Assembly: GCA_000146045.2 (NCBI GenBank)
Contig: BK006943.2
Coordinates: 448,001 to 512,000, forward strand
Direction of reading: 5' to 3'
DNA length: 64,000 nt
Source of the DNA: TPA_inf: Saccharomyces
Taxonomy: Eukaryota
The notes beneath the pieces were generated by a model. That model was not told the origin of the DNA, did not search any database, and saw nothing but the letters and a program-made list of their open reading frames with translations. Positions 59,746-64,000 of the stretch are shown piece after piece (the stretch's first letter is position 1; each line of letters begins with the position of its first letter). The translations under genes and the position numbers were made by a program.

Positions 59746-62085
59746 ATGCCAACAACTTATGTGCCAATAAATCAACCAATTGGGGATGGTGAAGATGTCA
59801 TTGACACCAATCGATTCACCAATATTCCAGAAACGCAAAATTTTGACCAATTTGTTACAATTGATAAGATTGCTGAGGAAAATAGACCACTGTCTGTAGA
59901 CTCGGACAGGGAGTTCCTTAATTCAAAATATCGACATTACCGAGAGGTTATATGGGACCGTGCAAAAACATTTATCACATTAAGCTCTACGGCCATAGTT
60001 ATTGGATGTATTGCTGGTTTCCTACAAGTCTTCACGGAAACTCTGGTTAACTGGAAAACAGGTCATTGTCAGAGGAACTGGCTACTTAATAAATCCTTCT
60101 GTTGTAACGGCGTGGTTAATGAGGTTACCTCTACAAGCAATTTACTACTGAAAAGACAAGAGTTTGAATGCGAGGCACAAGGGCTTTGGATTGCCTGGAA
60201 GGGACATGTGTCCCCTTTTATAATTTTCATGCTTTTGTCAGTCTTATTTGCTCTAATTAGTACACTGTTAGTCAAATATGTTGCTCCTATGGCTACTGGT
60301 TCAGGAATCTCAGAGATTAAGGTATGGGTATCAGGTTTTGAATACAATAAGGAATTTTTGGGTTTCTTAACATTAGTCATTAAAAGTGTTGCCCTTCCTT
60401 TGGCTATTTCTTCGGGATTAAGCGTAGGTAAAGAAGGGCCCTCAGTTCATTATGCAACCTGTTGTGGGTACTTACTCACAAAATGGCTACTAAGAGATAC
60501 TTTGACGTATTCATCGCAATATGAGTATATCACAGCAGCTAGTGGAGCAGGTGTTGCGGTTGCTTTTGGTGCTCCTATTGGTGGTGTCCTTTTTGGTTTG
60601 GAAGAGATTGCTTCTGCGAATAGGTTTAACTCCTCTACCTTATGGAAATCCTATTATGTCGCCCTAGTCGCAATAACTACTTTGAAGTACATTGATCCAT
60701 TTAGGAATGGCAGAGTTATTTTATTCAATGTAACATATGATAGAGACTGGAAGGTACAAGAGATTCCGATCTTTATAGCCTTAGGAATCTTTGGTGGTTT
60801 ATATGGAAAATATATTAGTAAGTGGAACATCAACTTTATTCACTTTCGCAAAATGTACCTGTCCTCATGGCCAGTTCAAGAAGTGCTTTTTTTGGCGACG
60901 CTTACTGCTTTGATTTCTTACTTCAATGAGTTCTTGAAATTAGACATGACAGAAAGTATGGGTATATTGTTTCATGAATGTGTCAAGAACGATAACACCT
61001 CAACTTTTAGTCATAGGTTATGTCAGTTGGATGAAAATACGCACGCTTTTGAGTTCTTAAAAATTTTTACTTCCCTATGCTTTGCCACTGTTATCAGGGC
61101 CTTGTTGGTGGTGGTATCATATGGCGCCAGAGTTCCTGCCGGAATCTTTGTTCCTTCAATGGCGGTTGGGGCCACATTTGGACGGGCAGTAAGTCTACTG
61201 GTAGAGAGATTTATAAGTGGCCCTTCTGTTATTACTCCTGGTGCCTACGCCTTCCTGGGAGCAGCCGCTACCTTGAGCGGGATAACTAACTTGACTTTAA
61301 CTGTGGTGGTAATAATGTTCGAGCTAACAGGCGCCTTCATGTATATCATACCCCTTATGATTGTAGTGGCAATAACAAGGATAATTTTAAGCACGTCTGG
61401 TATTTCTGGCGGTATTGCTGATCAAATGATCATGGTTAATGGATTCCCATATTTGGAAGACGAGCAAGACGAGGAAGAGGAGGAAACCTTAGAAAAATAC
61501 ACTGCAGAGCAGCTCATGTCCTCCAAATTAATTACTATTAATGAAACCATTTACCTTTCCGAGCTTGAATCTTTGTTGTACGACTCAGCGTCTGAATATT
61601 CTGTGCATGGTTTTCCAATAACTAAGGATGAGGATAAGTTTGAGAAGGAAAAAAGATGTATTGGCTATGTTTTAAAAAGGCACTTAGCCAGTAAAATCAT
61701 GATGCAAAGCGTAAATAGCACCAAAGCTCAAACGACACTGGTATACTTCAATAAGTCTAACGAAGAGTTGGGACATCGTGAAAACTGCATCGGATTTAAG
61801 GATATTATGAATGAATCTCCAATCTCGGTGAAGAAGGCGGTGCCAGTAACATTGTTATTCCGTATGTTTAAAGAGCTAGGTTGTAAGACTATCATCGTAG
61901 AGGAAAGTGGAATTTTAAAGGGGTTGGTCACTGCTAAAGATATTTTGAGGTTCAAAAGAATTAAGTATCGAGAAGTTCACGGTGCGAAATTTACATATAA
62001 TGAAGCACTTGATAGAAGATGTTGGTCAGTTATCCATTTCATAATCAAAAGGTTTACCACTAATCGAAATGGTAACGTTATATGA
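59746..62085 (+). CDS. GEF1: CLC-family voltage-gated chloride channel/transporter with C-terminal CBS domains, 779 aa.
   Basis: The ORF is open from 59737, but the true start is the Met at residue 4 (MPTTYVPINQ…). CLC motifs GSGIPE-like (GSGISE) and GKEGP are present. The product matches GEF1 (YJR040W). Confidence 0.85.
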   Translation: MPTTYVPINQPIGDGEDVIDTNRFTNIPETQNFDQFVTIDKIAEENRPLSVDSDREFLNSKYRHYREVIWDRAKTFITLSSTAIVIGCIAGFLQVFTETLVNWKTGHCQRNWLLNKSFCCNGVVNEVTSTSNLLLKRQEFECEAQGLWIAWKGHVSPFIIFMLLSVLFALISTLLVKYVAPMATGSGISEIKVWVSGFEYNKEFLGFLTLVIKSVALPLAISSGLSVGKEGPSVHYATCCGYLLTKWLLRDTLTYSSQYEYITAASGAGVAVAFGAPIGGVLFGLEEIASANRFNSSTLWKSYYVALVAITTLKYIDPFRNGRVILFNVTYDRDWKVQEIPIFIALGIFGGLYGKYISKWNINFIHFRKMYLSSWPVQEVLFLATLTALISYFNEFLKLDMTESMGILFHECVKNDNTSTFSHRLCQLDENTHAFEFLKIFTSLCFATVIRALLVVVSYGARVPAGIFVPSMAVGATFGRAVSLLVERFISGPSVITPGAYAFLGAAATLSGITNLTLTVVVIMFELTGAFMYIIPLMIVVAITRIILSTSGISGGIADQMIMVNGFPYLEDEQDEEEEETLEKYTAEQLMSSKLITINETIYLSELESLLYDSASEYSVHGFPITKDEDKFEKEKRCIGYVLKRHLASKIMMQSVNSTKAQTTLVYFNKSNEELGHRENCIGFKDIMNESPISVKKAVPVTLLFRMFKELGCKTIIVEESGILKGLVTAKDILRFKRIKYREVHGAKFTYNEALDRRCWSVIHFIIKRFTTNRNGNVI

Positions 62086-62238
62086 TTAGACATTTATGTA
62101 ATTTTTAAGGCGCTAGTATAGATTATTCAAAATTATATGATACAGACTTTTATCAATTTTTACTTGTTTAAGCTCCGTCACCCTGTTATTAAACGTGAGC
62201 AGAGAAATGCCTTTTGAAAACACACTAAAACACATAAG

Positions 62239-64000
62239 TTAATCTTCGCGCCATTTACCAACCTTTTTGTATTGGAGGTAAAGTGCTTTGAAATATTGTT
62301 TCCCAGGTGTGTCAAGGAAAGCGTTCAATTGATTCAACTCGTTCTGAGATAATATATCAAAAATCGCATGAATACCGGGCTGCAGACTCTTTTTTATGTT
62401 TAAACTGAACTGCGTCGTAATAGACAACTGTATATATTTCGTTAGAACCACAAGTACATTTTTTCTGATGGACTGCTTTATCAAACTTATCTTTGAGCTT
62501 AAGTTATTTTTCTGCCCATTTTGAGCGTTTGATACATTATAAGGCTCGCAGTAGTTCGTTATTAGTCTGGCTACGGCGTCTGCTGAATTTGCACACAATG
62601 TACCATCATGAATTGCTATTATTTCTAGTATCTGGCAAAGAACGGAGTTAAACAAATGGTGACGATTGGAAAATTTAAACCTGTGAACTAATAGCATATG
62701 ATCTATCACTTCGATGATGTTAATAAAGCCTTCATTGATTTCATCCGTTGACTCATGGTTTACTATAAAAGCGAGAGTTTTTAAACAGAAAGGAAGCAGC
62801 ATTTCAATACAGTATTGGCTGAATAGCCATGGTTTCGATACTAAGAACTCCTTGATAGCATTGAACAGTAGCAAGTATGACTTGTAGCCAAATTTTTCTA
62901 TATCACAATAGGTGTAGGCTTCAAGTAAAGCTATCACAAATAGGTGATGACCAAGGTTATTGTCTCTTGCAATCCTTTTTGACATTATGATAAAAACTCT
63001 CACAAATTTTTCAGCACAAGGTTGGCTAATGGTGGAAAACGATTTAGCACTGTTCCAGAGCAGGCGGTTAAACGCATCAGGACCTTGTTTAAGACTTTCT
63101 TCCAAGCAGAACCCCAAGGCAGAATCGCACTTATCTGTATGCTCAATATTTAAGTACTCTGCAAAAATATACTCCAACTTGTTTTCTGTAAGGAGTGAAT
63201 GAACCAAAAACATTTCCTGTTCTTCTGGCGCATGGTACACTTTTTTAGAATGATATCGAAGCATAATTTTGGAAAATATATCCAGAATTCTCGATTTATG
63301 CTTAGAAATATCGCCTTGTCCGGTCGTTATAATCTTGTACAATGTAGACATTGATATTCTGAAAAGGGGAATTGTTTCAGATTCAAAATTTTCAGAGTAG
63401 TTTTCCAAAATTTTAACAGCATAGCTAATTGCCATACCTTGTATATCTCTATGCTTGTTATCTGGTTTCAAAAATTTTGCGATAGTAAACCCGGCGATAA
63501 TTAGTTTGCTATCACCATTGGACAATGACATTGACTGTTTAACGATATCGTAACCAGATTCTAAGAACTTCTCACTCACAGGCTCCTTTGCCTGTGACAG
63601 ATGATTAGTCCAAACTTTTTCGAAAATAGATATTTTGTCTTCTATTTCCTTTTTTTCATCACCTGTCTCTGAAATGGCCATTTCGGGGCTCATTATTGTT
63701 TTCTCACATAATTCGTAGAAATTTGTTTCAATGTTGCTCTTGAAGGTCGGGCTTGACAATAAATGAAGGAGGCATTCTCTAGTAGCGGAATCAAGGCAAA
63801 ATGATTCGCATGTTAGATTGTTAATGAGAGCCACTCTAACGTTTTTGTTGATGCATTGGATAGGAATTTGAATCAAAGCTTCTAGAGCGAAGGTTTGATG
63901 GTATGATGAAGCAAGCTTGTTTATTAAAGCGTACGTGATATTTGTCTCCTCAAAAATGTCATCATTTTTTAATAACGAAGATAAATTTGTCGAGTTCAAT
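62239..64000 (-). CDS. URB2: C-terminal part of a nucleolar ribosome-biogenesis protein. The gene continues beyond the window end.
   Basis: The minus-strand frame is open to the window edge (586 aa visible). Its position after GEF1 matches URB2 (YJR041C). The N-terminus is not in the window. Confidence 0.6.

Overview
This window is ordinary, gene-dense Saccharomyces cerevisiae nuclear DNA. Gene order and protein identities match the right arm of chromosome X, from YJR005C-A to YJR041C.

I recognise about 30 protein-coding genes from their translations, including POL31, SUI2, TDH2, MET3, ILV3, TES1, GEA1, RAV1, RAD26, HUL4 and GEF1. REC107/MER2 is also present with its small meiosis-regulated intron. 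The one accessory-type region is a tandem pair of full-length Ty1 retrotransposons at 24463..35972. They share a central LTR and are flanked by a 5-bp target-site duplication (GTTGC). I found no tRNA, rRNA, snoRNA, CRISPR or prokaryote-like features.

I see no evidence for a novel or undescribed system. The points most worth a second look are:
- the Ty1 dimer has an A-B-A LTR pattern that simple unequal crossing-over would not produce;
- the Ty insertion has cut about 100 codons off the 3' end of YJR030C, and the severed fragment is still readable in frame on the far side of the array;
- two long perfect palindromes centred on MluI/MCB motifs lie in the POL31 and YJR030C promoters;
- the YJR012C and GPI14 CDSs overlap head-to-head as called;
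- several textbook cis-elements are readable directly in the sequence: Cbf1 and Met31/32 at MET3, Aft1 at LSO1, an oleate-response element at TES1, Gcn4 at ILV3, and the Mer1 enhancer in the MER2 intron.

Gene symbols come from my recognition of the protein sequences and gene order. No database search was run.
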